DNA of 64,000 bases from Tubiluchus corallicola (lineage: Eukaryota > Animalia > Priapulida): assembly GCA_030141605.1 (NCBI GenBank), contig JAQGDQ010000003.1:1302001-1366000 (forward strand). Direction: 5' to 3'. The number at the start of each line of letters is the position of its first letter. Within the stretch, counting starts at the first letter, position 1. The position numbers were made by a program, and so were the translations under genes. This document shows positions 25,541 through 40,500 of this stretch, in pieces. Below the pieces are notes generated by a model. The model was not told where the DNA came from and did no database searches. It saw only the letters and a program-made list of their open reading frames with translations.

Positions 25541-28500
25541 ATGCCGGATCGCCTTTTTGGATATTTGTTAATATTAGCTGTGATGGGTTGCGCCGACGCT
25601 TTCGTGGTAGCTAGATTGGTGAGTTACATATAATATTAAAAGACCGCTATCATAAATTGGTTATTATTTGTTAACACAAGCAAATTGATTTTAACAAATA
25701 ATATCCAGTAGAAGTTAATTGAAAAAATTAGGAATCATTTGTAAATCACAGTATGTAAAAACAGTGCGGTGGCTTCCGTTTTTATCAGTTTATTTTGTTG
25801 TTAGTTCGTGTAATTCAATCTGATAAGCTTTTCTCGATAGGCCAGAAAGCAGCCAAGCACCTATCCAAGAACTAACACCATTCATTTTCTATGACACATG
25901 TTTTGCGTTATTGCAATACTTAATTACGCTGCGTGGAAATGTGAGTGAATTTAGACCTTTTTATATAAATTGGTAGTTGGAAAGGGTAGGAGGATCCGTT
26001 GCTAGGAAGCAATACTAAATTACGCTGCATTGTAATGTGAACGAATTCACATCTTTTTATGTAAATTGTTAGTTGGAAAAGGTAGGGGGATGTGTTACCA
26101 GGAATAACACCAAGAGTTACATATTTTCGAACACGACTAGAGATGACTGAAATTTTGACATAAACCCTTTTGTTTGTATATAGAAGTCTTACACACATAT
26201 ATATTTATGTCAAGGACTAATAACCTGGACCCGCCTAAGTCTAAACTATTGGAGTACATCAGCTCTGCGACAGTTAGCTTTCAGTATGGCTTCAAAAACT
26301 ACTGCAGCAATGGTAGCAACTAGCCAGATAATATAGGTCGATGGATGAAGGAATGTGGTTTCCGTATTTCACATTATTGCTTTTACATTCAGTAATAGTT
26401 GAAGCTATAGAAATGAGAAGTACATAAAAAACCTTAAAATCGGTTTAGGGTGGAAATAGCGGACATTAATGACATCATCTCTGATAATGAAAGTATTATC
26501 TTTGACATTAGAATTATCACTGATACGCTAAACAAGCATCATTGTCAAACGACTAGGTGAAACGTCGGTTCACTAGAACAAAAGAGGAACAAATAGATTT
26601 ACGGCAGCTTAGGTCTGTGTTAGAGATGCGCCAGAAATCACTCGAGCCAAAAGTCGGTTCGAAATTGAGTAGTAGATTGCAGAAAACAACGAAACACGCA
26701 AATTCCTGAACTAATTTTTGAACTTATGAGACAGAAGCATTCCCGACTGTTGAGGAAGAGACCCTGTTGTAACACAACGTATTCGCTTGAGATTTCGCCA
26801 ACCAATCTTACATTCGTTACTTGGATTTCTAAAGCAGAAAGCTGTTATGGATCGAAAAAAGTCTAATAATACTAAAGCTGATGATAGCGATGTTCTGCAT
26901 GAGTAATTTTTATTAGCCAGCTTTAATTTGTGGATAGTTAACATGACGAAATTCCACTACTCATGCATAGCTATAGCAATACAATTAATTCAAGTAATAC
27001 AATTAATTTGATAGTGGATCAGCCTCTCGAAGTATTACCAATGATTTTGGAACAATATATTATTAAAAGACAGCTACAGCCTGCATATTTCAAGTAGATA
27101 AGCAAGACATAACAAGCAAACTTTGAAAATATCAAGAACCAAGAAACTGCAATCTAAGATCATTACATTAGTTCCTAGTTCCGTCAATCAAAATCTCTAT
27201 TTAAAGATCAACCAGGTACCAGCCAGGAAAACAAAAGTGCTCGAGAGTGAATTGTCTTACCCTAAAAAAGATATTTGAGTTTATACTGCCATCAGAAATA
27301 AATGTTACTTGGTTTTGTAAGAATCTAGAAACAGATCCAGAAAAAAATTTCTATAGTTTGTTTTCGAATTTTTTTCAAATAACTGAAATAGGAGCCAGTT
27401 TTTTCTTTCGCGTTCCAGATTACACGCGTTCTGCGTTTCACATCCAGTGACGCATGTATTAGCGTAAGAACGAATTATTTGCTACAAGCCCTGTGATAAA
27501 TCATCTGTCATAATAGAACTTGCTTCTGTTCATCCTAGGAAGTGTATGATGATTTACAACCGCATTCCAGAAAATGATAGTTGTACGAATTCTTTCTTCG
27601 TTAAACATACAGAAAAATAATAAGTAATAGTATTTTTGGCCTCGTAAATACTGGTGTCGTGATATGGCAATAAATTGTCCGACGTTTTCCCAGAGCTGTT
27701 TTTGCGAAGAATTCTTCACGAGATCGAATGGAAATTGCCATAACTTTTGACGTGTTCAGAGAGTCGATATTCTCTGGCCTCTCAACCGCGATAGACTCTT
27801 AACTTAACCCACTTTGAAATAAAATTTACTATGTCAGATCAGTTCTTCTCTGGTTTGCCACTTACTTTTTACCCGATCAAAAAAAAACCAGGTGATGAAT
27901 TTTTATCATTAGGCATCGAGTTTTGCAGCAACGCAGAGGACGTTAGGGTCATGAAACTTGCTGAGTAGACATCGCGGATTGGGGATAAGTCATCGCACAA
28001 TGATATGGTGAAAAAATTGTGGTTGTTTAAGGGCCCGAGTGGGAGCCAAGATGTAACAATTAGGGCAAAGGGTTCAGTCACACTGTATCAGGCGTGGAAA
28101 AGTAATATTTAGTCACGAGTACCGCTGACCAGTCACACGTAAACGTAATAATTTAGTAATAAGAGTAATAAGAGTAAAAACCACATTGCACTCGGCATAA
28201 TCAAGTGATAAACACCGTCATGTTCGAGGATTTGGATCTTATTTCAGATTTGTTTCGCATTGTATCCCCTTGCCAAAATGACTACCCTCTTTAATAATTT
28301 GGGATACATTAGCCGATCAGTATAGTTTATATCGCAACTTAATGCCAGTTAGCGCAATCAGTTAAAACTTACATTCTATGCAAATGGCTGTTGTAACTCC
28401 GTGTCGCCCTTTTATAAAATTTTCTAAGGTTCAGAATAATACTCCTTGTGAAAACTAAAGTAATGAGAAAGACCAATACCTTAATGGGAGGAATTATACT

Positions 28501-31500
28501 TCAAACCATTTTTAGAGGTTAAGATACTATTTCTAGGGACAAGAAAGGTACTGAAACATATTCTCGACGAAACGTTTTCTCAGTATGTGATCATGTCTCC
28601 ATGTAGTTTCGTATCATTTTAGAAGTACTAGAAGTGCTGCAGCAAATCTGCGTATTTGTAGTCGATGAAAAAATCTACGATCTTTGATCATCAATTATTC
28701 ATCGCATTGATAATCATGCCATGCACGAATCATGTTACCTTTTAACCCAAGCAATGCAAATTCATTACGGCGAGTTCAGATTAACAAGTTTCCTCGCCAA
28801 GGCGGGTCGTCAAGTAACTCACAGGCGTGTTCAGACTAGAAAGCAAAACTTGCTGCGAGTTACTCTCAGACAGTAAGCGAGAATTCACACTCAATGTTCT
28901 ATTTACTGTGAGGAAGTATTGAGGGTAACTCGCCGAGACGTTTACACCAGACAGTAACTTGCAGGAAATCAACTCGCAGCAGATGTCGGAGAGCTTGCAA
29001 AGCAGTTCACACTTGCAAGCTTGCAGTCAGAGACAAAACTCGCGACAGAAGACTCGCAAGTCTGAGCGCGCCGTACGCAAAATGTCAGCTTGCCTATTTC
29101 CATTGTGGTAGAGCAATCAACCGAGCATTTAATCATTTGTATATGCTCCTCGTTTTCTTCCACCCTTTCTTCCTGCTTCTCCAGTTACACCATCTGTTCC
29201 TTTTTTCTTTCTACCATCTCATACCTCCGTCACCGCCATCACAACAAAATCATTATTAGCATCAGGATCATCATCGTCATTATCATTATTGTCAACATCA
29301 TCACCACCATTATCACCACCACCATCGTCAGCATATTCACCTATTTCATTATCACTATTATCATTGTTATTTTCATCATCATTGTCACTGTCATCATTAT
29401 CATCATTGTTGTTACCATCATAACATTCTTCTGTTATCCACACCGTCCAAGCCATGTCATAGCGTACCATAAGCAGAACCATTTCACTTTGTATAGGATT
29501 TCTTTACTTTTGTAAGACCCCTAAAACAGAAACTGGCGTTGGGTTTTTACCGTAGACATGTCACCATCACCAAGAAGATTGTTCACTATAAGTTCATGAC
29601 CTTTTCAACTCCCGTAGTACAGAAACATATAGAAGCAAAAAGCCAGTTTTCATGTAGTTTTAAATAAGTATTCATCGATTTAGTTGCGTGAGCCTTATAG
29701 GGCATACAGTCTAACTGGATAGTGATTTAGTAATCGTTATAACTGGTAGCAGTGCGCAAAAGTTAGACTATTTACGTCGTTCATTTAAGTAAGGTAGCAA
29801 TATTTTTGCTGTTGTTTACATTAAAACTAATTAAATATCATTTGTTTTAAGCCGACAAGAGGCACACGAGTTCACACACTTGCTCAAAGACCGGGTGCTC
29901 TGGTAAAACAAAAACATCCGAAGGAAGAAATGAGGAGAATTGGTGCAATCTTGGACAAAATAGACGGTCGATTACGACGAATTCATGGTCTAAAGACAAA
30001 CGAATCAATTTCGGTAAGCTTTGCATTTCCGTACAGACAGAAATATAACTCTTAATATTTAAACTATGAGTTGCTGAAAATTAGCGCAAAGATCAAAAAT
30101 TACGTTAAATTGTGAAAAGCCGTTCAGGAATAGATTGGAAGCGACTACAACTATTCAATTATTACTTTACCAATTTGCTGTTTTGAAAAAGTGACTTAGG
30201 AAGCCGCATAAAGTCAATAAGGTAAATATTAATCAATTTTCATCGTTTCCCTTCGTGCAAGTTCATATATCTTTTTTATACAAAACGCGTCATGTATTAC
30301 TTTCTAATTTGCATTTAAAGTATTAATTAAATGCTAAATAGCTTTATAGTAAAGCAAACATGGAGAATGAGTTCTATGAGTATTCTATGGGTTGCAAAGT
30401 TTACCAAGCAAATGTATGAATGGATACCACAAATAGACTATAGTTCGCGTACTTTTGTTAAACATTATCTTCAAACCATTAAACATTTTTTATTGAAAGT
30501 TGCGAAAGTCGCTTGGATGGTGAGTACATTGTAATTAAGTGCAATAACGCTACACCCAGGCCCGTGTAGTTATTGTTAAGAGCTGAGCAAGCATGTAATT
30601 ACTAGATGCGCATAACACTTCCTGAATTCACGAGGTCACCAGCGCACGCTTATTATACAGACTATACACCTATTCTATTACCTATATCTTTTAATAGCTG
30701 CATAAAGAAAAGCCTCGGGCAAACAAATATGGGGCTTAATAATCTGCGACTTGACCTAAATCCCACTCAAACGCGATTTTAAAATAACTTATTGAGAAAG
30801 TTTAGACGTGTTGTAGCTCTTATGATTATGCAGAACAATAAAAAATCATTTATTATTCAAAAACCAGGTTAAATGAGCTCAGTTAAATACAATCGGTGAG
30901 CGAAATCTCACCGTTAATTAAATCCACTATACTAATAAAGTACAGGTATAAAAATTATTGTTATTATAAAAGTTATTAGAAAAACATGTAAATACAATAA
31001 ACGTCATTGTTTATTCACTTAAAAATGAGCGAAACCCAGAGAGCGAAAGTCATAAATCAACTAATATAGAAATGAAAAATTAACTACGATGTTTACGAAT
31101 GTGCCATGTCTTGAGCCATTCGTGTGTTAACAAATGGATGGGACTCCCAACTTCTAAAAGAACACGAATTTCCACAATGAGTACTTAAAAGCATCAGCAA
31201 AAAGAACATATTCTCCAGCTAGGCGGCTTATTTTAACTAAACTAAACTAATGCTGCACGATTTATTTAAGCAAAATAAATTGGCTGACAGCAAAATGACA
31301 AATGCTAGCTGAAATTAAATACTTCTTGTTTCTTTGTTTATTTATTTGTGTATCTACTTCTACGCTTTGATTAAGTAAGCTCATTTGCAAAATTGCCAGT
31401 TTTATTAAGAAGTGTAATATCTGGCGTTCACTGTAAAACTGAGAGATAATGAACAAAACCTACAGCTTTTTAAATTTTTTGCTGTTTCTAAACATATTTA

Positions 31501-34500
31501 GCATCACAGTAATCAAAGTTATGATTACCCATTCATGCCGCACTAAATTTCCTCAATGTATTGGTGACGACTTGAATCAAATGGTGACCTATTTTTTTCA
31601 GTAATACGTTATTAATTATTCAACTCATCTTAAGTTCGTAGACAAGCAGCTAAGGTACGTATGCGAAGGGGAAGTATTGAAATTTGTCTATTAAAGATCA
31701 GTTTCAAAGTATGTCAGTGGCGGCGGAGCAATATTGGAACATAGGGTGAGGTCAAATCCTTCGGATAAAGTCAACCAACTGAAGTTTATTTTTGATTATA
31801 TTCTTTAAAAAGAGCAACGCTAGAAACGTTACGAAACGTATTGCTATCTGTAAAATTTGCAGGCATCAGCAGAGTTTGAAAAAGAAGGTGTCGTAGAAGG
31901 AGATATGGTAATTAATGAAGCACAGGCTGAACACATGCTAGAATCATTTTATACTAGGAAAAAGAGAAAGTTCATAGATAGCACCACACAACGTTGGGAC
32001 ACGAGGAAGCCTGTACCTTATATCCTCAACCCCGACGATTTTAGTGAGTATTTTTTAAGTAATTCTCACTTCTGTTAAATAATAATAATCACTGTTGTAC
32101 TTAAAGAATATTAATCATAAAACTTTCAAATGTTGAATTCTGCGAGAAATGCGTTTACTATGTTAAGATAAGCATTTTATGAAACAAATGAGCAATAAAA
32201 ATATTTATGAGTTGTCATAATTTGATGGAAACCTTAGAAGTTGTTCACTTGAATTACTACCTTTGAGTCTACGTATACCCTTTCATAATTATTTTAATTG
32301 CAGCAAAAAATGAGGAAAACATCATTAAATGGGCGATGACCCACTGGGAAGCTGAAACGTGCATACGTTTTTCCGAAATTGGTGTTGAAACAGGGATATT
32401 CTACGATGGATATATCATATTTTATAAAGGCAAGGGGTAAGGCTTTTATAGCTAAAAATGACATGTGTAACACAAGAATCTGCTCATCTAAGATACTGAG
32501 ATTTTAATGCGTTAAAATAAATTAAAATGCAATTGAATTGGCATTCATGAGTTTTTTTATTGACAGTCAATCTTATTTAAATTGACAGTCAGCTATCTGT
32601 CTCTGCCTACCGGGCCCAGCTTATGTGCATTGAAAACTTTATCTGCATACTAATGCATATTTGAAAAAAATTAACTTCTCCTAAAATTTGATTTTAAGAA
32701 CATTTTAATTAAAATTATGATTTTTTTTGTTTAATCCTGCAGTATCGGAATAGGTCTATATACGTGCTGTTAAATACATGTACTACGCTGATGATTTATT
32801 GGACTACTTCGCCAAAGAGGCACCAACTTATATTGCTTACAAATTCTTGTTTACTACTTTATTACCAATGCTGTTCACAGGACTATTTGTCGATATAGCC
32901 AGATTTTTTCTGACTGCCTTTGCTTTCGCTACTAAAAAGAGTGCTAGCACAAACACAGCAATGATAGTACTATGACCAAATGTTTGGATTAGCCTACAAC
33001 TGTTATTTTGTTAGTTTGTCATGTCAACTGGTCCATATCTTATAATAATCACAGTGCAACAAACTGTAACATAATTCACATCTAACTTGGCGTTGCCGAA
33101 ATATATTTACATTATTTTATTTACTCTTATTGTTTGATCATTGAATTCATTTTCTTTCTTTTTTGCCTGAATTATTTTGAGTTTAGTGATTTACAAGCTT
33201 CGCGGTTTGTTATTGCTGTCTTTCTTTTTTCTTTTGTTCTTCTGTTGGAATCAAAAAGTTGACGTAAATTCGAATTTTTGTTTTGTTTATTAATTTAAAC
33301 TTCGTTTCGTTTAAATTTTCCATGTTTACTTACTGTTTGCCATTTTAAATTTAAACTCATATTGAACTTATTATGTTCATTTTTGCCAATATATCTTTAC
33401 TTTTTCTTTTTTTTTGTTGTTATCAAATTTTGTTGATTATTATTAGTTGCCTACATCTGCATGACAGGTCTCACTTATATTTATTTAATTACGGGTAAGG
33501 GTGGTTGATCTGGTGACCGTTGGCCTTTTCGTTACCCCGTCTCTTCTCTTCTCTGCTTTATTTTGATTTTTTGTTTATGTTTATTTTGCAAATATTAGAG
33601 ACGAATAAGCTACTTACTTGCTTGCTTGCTTACTAACTTACATCGGTTACTTACATCTGGTGACCGTTGGCCTTTTCGTTACCCCGTCTCTTCTCTTCTC
33701 TGCTTTATTTTGATTTTTTGTTTATGTTTATTTTGCAAATATTAGAGACGAATAAGCTACTTACTTGCTTGCTTGCTTACTAACTTACATCGGTTACTTA
33801 CATCTGGTGACCGTTGGCCTTTTCGTTACCCCGTCTCTTCTCTTCTCTGCTTTATTTATATTTTTTGTTTATGTTTATTTTGCAAATATTAGAGACGAAT
33901 AAGCTACTTGCTTGCTTACTTACTTACATCGGTTATCTATAGGATTCATAGTTGCAATAAATACTTATTTTTGCAGGTGCAGCTCTGAAGTGGGCAAAAA
34001 TGGTCAAACACAGATATCTCTCAATGTCTTGTGCATGACGGTAACATCATTATTTCTTCGAGTTCTTTTTATGCGTTCATGTAGTTATATGATTCTCTAA
34101 GATTTCCTACTTCTATCGCGTTACAGCACGATACATATTTCAGCAAAACAAAACAGTGATTGGGTTTAGGCCTGACCTGATTTCATTAGCTCACCAAATT
34201 CCTACTGGTGGCATTATAGCCTAGCAGTGAGGCTTGGAAACTAATTCTGTCCGATCAAATAAAAAAATACGAATGAATCTGCATTGAAAAAAAAGACGCA
34301 AATTAACTAAAAACCAAACGTCAATAAATACCATTACCGAACACAGTTTACTGCACATTAGCCTTAGTCTTAATCTGCACATTGCTTTAGTCTAATTTTA
34401 CAATTGTATTTAGAAATACCATTGGCACCTGATTTTATCAATCTAGGTGTTAGTGGTGTCATAGGCCTAAATGTAGGTAACTCAAACATCACTGTGTTGT

Positions 34501-37500
34501 TTTAACTCCAACTACTAAGACGTTCTTGAAATGTCAAGTAAACGCGATGTAAGGCGACACAAAGTAAAGTAGGAACAGTTGAAGCCATAAAATAATGCTG
34601 TAGGATTGCAAAAGCAAAGAAAAGTAACTAAATGCAAAAAGTACAAAACAAATCCATGGCCTTCAGGACTAATTCCTTACTTCTGTTTTTTAATTACTTG
34701 CATTTTATATCGTCTTAACAGCCGGCCTCTGTTGTGTCTAACTGTCTGTTCAAAATTGTCTCAAATATTTCTTGTTTACTTTTATTTTTTTATTTATCTT
34801 GCATTCTGCTGATGTCTCCTAATGGCCAAATCTCGTCTACTGAAAACTACGCCATATTTTGTTACTGACTGTGCGTTTAGAGTTATTATTGATTTTAACT
34901 TCCAGAATAAATTATATTCTCATATTACAGAGACAAATAGTTGCTCATGAAATCGGCCATGCTTTGGGATTCTGGCATGAGCAAGCAAGGAGGGACCGCG
35001 ATGATGTTATAGACGTACTTTGGGACAATATTCAGCCTGGAAAGTGGTACAACTTTCTCACACATAACACGGTCACACACGACGTTCCGTATGATTTGTC
35101 GTCTCTAATGCATTACCTTGGGACGGTAAATCACGTATTTTTCTTATTAAGTTGATAATTACTTCTCGCTTTTGCGAAAAAGAATATTAATAGGCTTTAA
35201 AAAATCGAAAAATTGAACAGTATTGCGAAAATAGTAAAACATGTAACATTGTCATTTTTAGTGGTATGTTTACGAACCGAAGTCTTTGAAAAGATTAGCC
35301 TAACTTAAAAATTATTTTCAAAGTTATAGGCACCACTGGAAAAATATAGTTTGATAAACAGTGTATGACTTTTGCTAATATAGGAGGACAATTTGTTTAA
35401 AAAATGTACGAAAGTGCCTCCACTTAGAACAGCTTAAATTACCAGCATTAAACTCAAATTCTGGTCGGTGATGGGAATTCTTAAAATGAAAATAGCCAGC
35501 ACCTACTTCATGGCTTTTATTCAGACACAGTTGCAGATGTTTGTACCTGAATAAAACCGTGTCTGTGTACGTGTTAGTTGTTTATTTTTATTTTAAATTC
35601 TGGCCTTACCAAATGAACTGGTGATCACAACGTAAAATGTATATGTAATAGCGTACTTTTTTGTATTTCATGTGGATCTATCCTCAGGCTCCCAATAGAA
35701 ATCCACGATTGCCTTAATCAATACCGGCTTTATCTGTGGTGGACATAATAGACAATTTAATTATTACTTTGTTAGGATTTTACAAAGACCTACCCTGATT
35801 TACTGACATTACACTCAAAGAACCGCTTACTACAGCAGATCATGGGCGGAGCGGATAAACTGTCCTTCTATGACATCAAACTGGCTAATCTTGAGTATTG
35901 TTCAGGTGATATGACAGTTTTATTCGCATCACGAGTTCTCACTGATGACTGGTGTTTCTTTAATAGGAACCGAAACAATGGAAGCTGATTCTTGATTCAC
36001 TCAGTTTTTCACTTTACTGGTTCTTCATTGTAATTTTGTAACGTTAGCCAAAAATCACAATTAATTTACTAACCAAGCTGTTGATGATGTGAATACCATT
36101 CGAAAGTAGGCCATTTCTGCCTGTATTTCAACATTACGGTCTTATACTACCTGCTTTGCATAGAGGTACTAAACAATCACTGTATGTTCTTGCATTGTTC
36201 AAAAGTACTTTCATAGGAAAACATTAATAAAAAATTACATAAATATATTTAAAAATTGCACTTTAAACGTTATGTTTAACCTTTATTGTTTGGCGTTTAA
36301 CTGTGTTGAATAGATTGAACATATACTATGTATATTTTATTGTTATTTAAGTGCAATATTTTTTCTTAGATAGGTGTAGCGGTATGTTTCTACCTCGTCC
36401 TTGTCTTCACGACGGCTATCAGGATCCAAATAACTGTTTGCTATGCAAGTGTCCAGATGGATTTGCAGGACCGTGGTGTGAACGTTCAGCATTCAGTCGC
36501 GGTGCAGGTATAAACCAACCTTAATACTGTCACTCGCAGTTCTAACACATAAGCTGTATCATACCATACCGTGTAATATTGACGTAATATTGAACTGCCC
36601 CAGGCACATAATGTTTGTTCCATATGTTATGATGCTATTTGCTGTGTTTGAAATTATTCATAGGCTCAGTTAGAAAGATATGTATGGCTAGGTATTATTG
36701 CCAAATACACATACCGCTCGCGAGTAATTTGATTGCAATAACAATAACGATAACGATAACAACGACGACGACGACAACGTCGACTTTTGGATTAACAAAA
36801 AACATAAGCTAACAGAAAACAGGATGATTTTTCATATCCTACCCCAATTTGAGTTTCGGTAAAAGGCATATATTTTAAAACCTATAATAATGCCAAATCG
36901 TTTCTGGTAAATGAAATAGTAGATTAAAAACTTAAATATATGGCAAGCGAGCACAACTGGCGATTACATCACAACTGAACATAATTTTCAACTCCACAAT
37001 CATTCCACGAGAGTGTTGCGCGTGTTTGCGAAAGCGAAAATCGACTTACAGTGCTATTGTACAACATTCATACAAAAAATCTGTAAATTCTAAAGTTTAA
37101 AATTCATATTTCAAGTTCGCCACTGTGCTCACGCTTGAGCTCTTGAACGTGTACACTACCTCACAGCTGAACACCTCTGTGCTGGGAGGTACAGCACCTG
37201 TTTTTGGGCAACGTGTTTCGGAGATGCAGGCTCCAGTGCCCATCTAACAAGCGAATGGCGAAATACATGTAACAGCGAAGAACTAGAAAATTTCCGAAAA
37301 TTCGCATCATTTCTAGAAAGCACGCGTCGTTTCCCTAAAGCACGTGTCATTTTCTTTAGGAAGGCGGAGGTTTTTTCTCCAAACATGTTTTGAGAAAAAT
37401 AATATGACCTTTCAATAAAAATGAGTGTTTCTTACAAAAACACACGCCTTTTTCTCCAATCAAATTGCGATTGTGATTGAAATAGCATTAATTCGTGGAT

Positions 37501-40500
37501 CGGAATAGCAAATATGGGCGGAGTTCTTATAGCACACGTGATCGCTCATATTAGATCTCAATCATTTGAGCTAGGCTGAGTTAGGTTAGATATGTTATAC
37601 GTTACTTTACGTTATCTTATGTTATTAGATAAGTTAGTCTAGACTCCACGAACAAAAGAACCCACGATGTTAGTGCTGTGACATGTTTATAAATCATTTG
37701 TCCTTTTATTCACAGCTAGGTTATGATAGGTTTTAGATTTGGACTATTGGGACCTCTCGTCTACATCTCTTGGAATTGTCTCAGTGACCAGATTTGCCAT
37801 TTCATTCCAAGCGATTCTGCATGATACAATAACAAACCACATCGTACCATAATACCATATTCTATCGCCTCGTTCCATTTCACATACCATACCGTACCAC
37901 TGTACAAGATCATACCATACCATATCTTGCAGTATCATATTACAGCATGTCATTCCAGACCAACGATAACATGTGAAGGAGTACAGCACCCACGTAACAG
38001 ACTGCAAAACATACCATAACATTCTGTATTGCATCTGTACTACGCCAAGCCATGCCATATTGTGCTATACCATAACATACGTACTAATAATAAACTGCTA
38101 CATGCCATGTCAAAACAAACTGTGTCAGTTCTCACTAGAAAGATATACGTATTTTTACTACATAGCATTTTGTATATGCATTATTACAGACAGGTGTGGT
38201 GGAGATTATCAAGTTGAATGTGGAGATGACGGGGTAGTGCGATCCCCAAGATATCCCAGTCGAGCTCCACCTTTACAGCAATGTAGCTGGTTAATAAAGG
38301 TAAATAGGTTTCCTAAAAATAAACTCAGCTGTACAATATTTATCCACCAATTTAAATGTAGTTAGCATACACAATACGAAATTTTATACTTAAATATGTC
38401 GCAGTTCACTTTAAAAACACTTTCTGCTTTTTCTTTCTCTTCACTAGGGACCACCAGGATCTGTTATTAATGCGTCAATAGTTGAGTTGAGTACAGCGTG
38501 GTATGGACACGATAATCTACCCTGTCCTGATTATGTGGAATTACGTTACGAACGTAATCTCGGAGCAACTGGGCCACGGTAAGCAAATTTACTTATCGTT
38601 TTATACCATGTTTTAGATATCATGAAAGCTTATTTCAAGTACGTGTACCTTGCTTCAGATCTAAAATTATTACCCTACATACTGGTCGCGCCGCACTTTT
38701 TATGCTGCTCTGCTCTTCAAATGCCTCTTTCGTTAATTTTTTCGGCTAAATTAACTGATTCATTACTGAAATACTAGTAACGGCTAAGCTATAGCCAAAT
38801 TCTACCTGCCTGTTTCCAGATTCTGTGGTCGCAACACATTGCAAAGTGGGAAATTGACAGAAACCAACGAACTTCTACTATTGCTGCGAAGTCAAACTCC
38901 ATATGGTATTTACTTTGAAGCAAAGTTTACTGGTAAGTAATAGTGGACCTTATACTTCAAATGGAGCAGAATGTGTCGTTTTTGCAAGTGTGGTCAGTAC
39001 ATAGCGTTGTAGAGCGCTACGCCCAAACAATATAGTATAATCATTGTGAAGCCAGCTTTCTGCCACCAGCTATCCTACGCTAGTTTGATTGCTTTCACTT
39101 TTCTAAAATGTATTTGCCCACTTTAATATTATCATTATATTGTGTGCTGCTACACGTTAAACGTTTCTCCTATTTATTTTTACAGTAATATGCAGTGCAG
39201 CAGTGGCTCGAAATGAAACTGCAGATGAGAATTCCAATTTTAACTTCTCCATGGCTCCAGTAAATGCGACTGTTCGTGATAAAAATACTAAGACGTCAAC
39301 TAGTTTCAAGTATTCCCCTCGAACTTCGATAGCCAGAACCACAACATCACACTTAAAAACATACACTACTAAGCCGAAAGATGACTCATTGATATCATCA
39401 ACAACTAAACTATATTCAGTTAGGGCAACGACAACCTCATCGACACCTTCACCAACTACACCAACTAGCGTCACAACCACAACGACTACAAAACCCACTA
39501 CATCATCAACTACGAAATCTACCTTTGCAAAACCAACATTTTCCACTGCTGGTGAAGAAACATATTCTGTAAGTCGTTATTTTGATTTTACAACAAAATC
39601 ATCCACTCAAAATCTCGCGCTGTTGACGTCACAAAAAGTTTCTCAAACAACAATGGAACATAACTGGAACAGTTCAACGAGTCATAAGACTAACCTTTCG
39701 TATGATAAAACGTCTACCACTTTATCCACACATATGATACCAGACGTCAAAAAGATAGATGAAACAGTTGATAATCGTTTGTCCAGTCTATCAACTAAAT
39801 TAGCAACGGGATTTACCACTACAACAACTACATCATCTGATTCTTCATCTTCTCGAATTTTAAAAACAGTAGCAAGAACGTCTCCTTTATATGAGCAGAC
39901 TTCATCATCAGCTATCGAGAACGCTAGTACTAGCACGACAATTCCGTCTAGCACAAATAATGATACACAGAGTTATGACACAGTGGCTAAAAGTACCAAA
40001 GCACAAGGGAGATCTAGTACAAGACCTGTTATGGCAACGAAGCCATACCATTCATGGTGGAGTACTACCTCTACTCCAAGTTCTCAGAGCGAGACTGCAG
40101 AAAACACTATCAAACAAAAAGGCTTGTTAACAACAGCTATTTCTAGGCCTCTCGTTTCAGTTACTAGAAAATCACTAACAGCGACTACTACACCATCCCC
40201 ATATTCAATAATTAAAACTACCACACCGTCTTTGGATTTGCAGACAACATCCCAAATACAGCTTCCGACTTCAAAAATAACAAGTGATAAATATTTCCCA
40301 TCAACAGCATACTATACTAATACTGCTAGGCCTAGCTGGCCTACATCAATTAGTACTACTACAACAGCTACTGCGGCTAGCAGCAGCGATACCAGCACTA
40401 TAATTACCTACAATTTGGGAAGTTCAAAAAAGCTCAATTACACACCTCAATATACAAATCAGTTGAGAAGTACCACATCAGAAGTAAACAACGTAAACTT

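Noticed and set aside
29090-29515. Ile-rich and Asp/Asn-rich ORFs
   Set aside because: They are translations of an intronic trinucleotide microsatellite.
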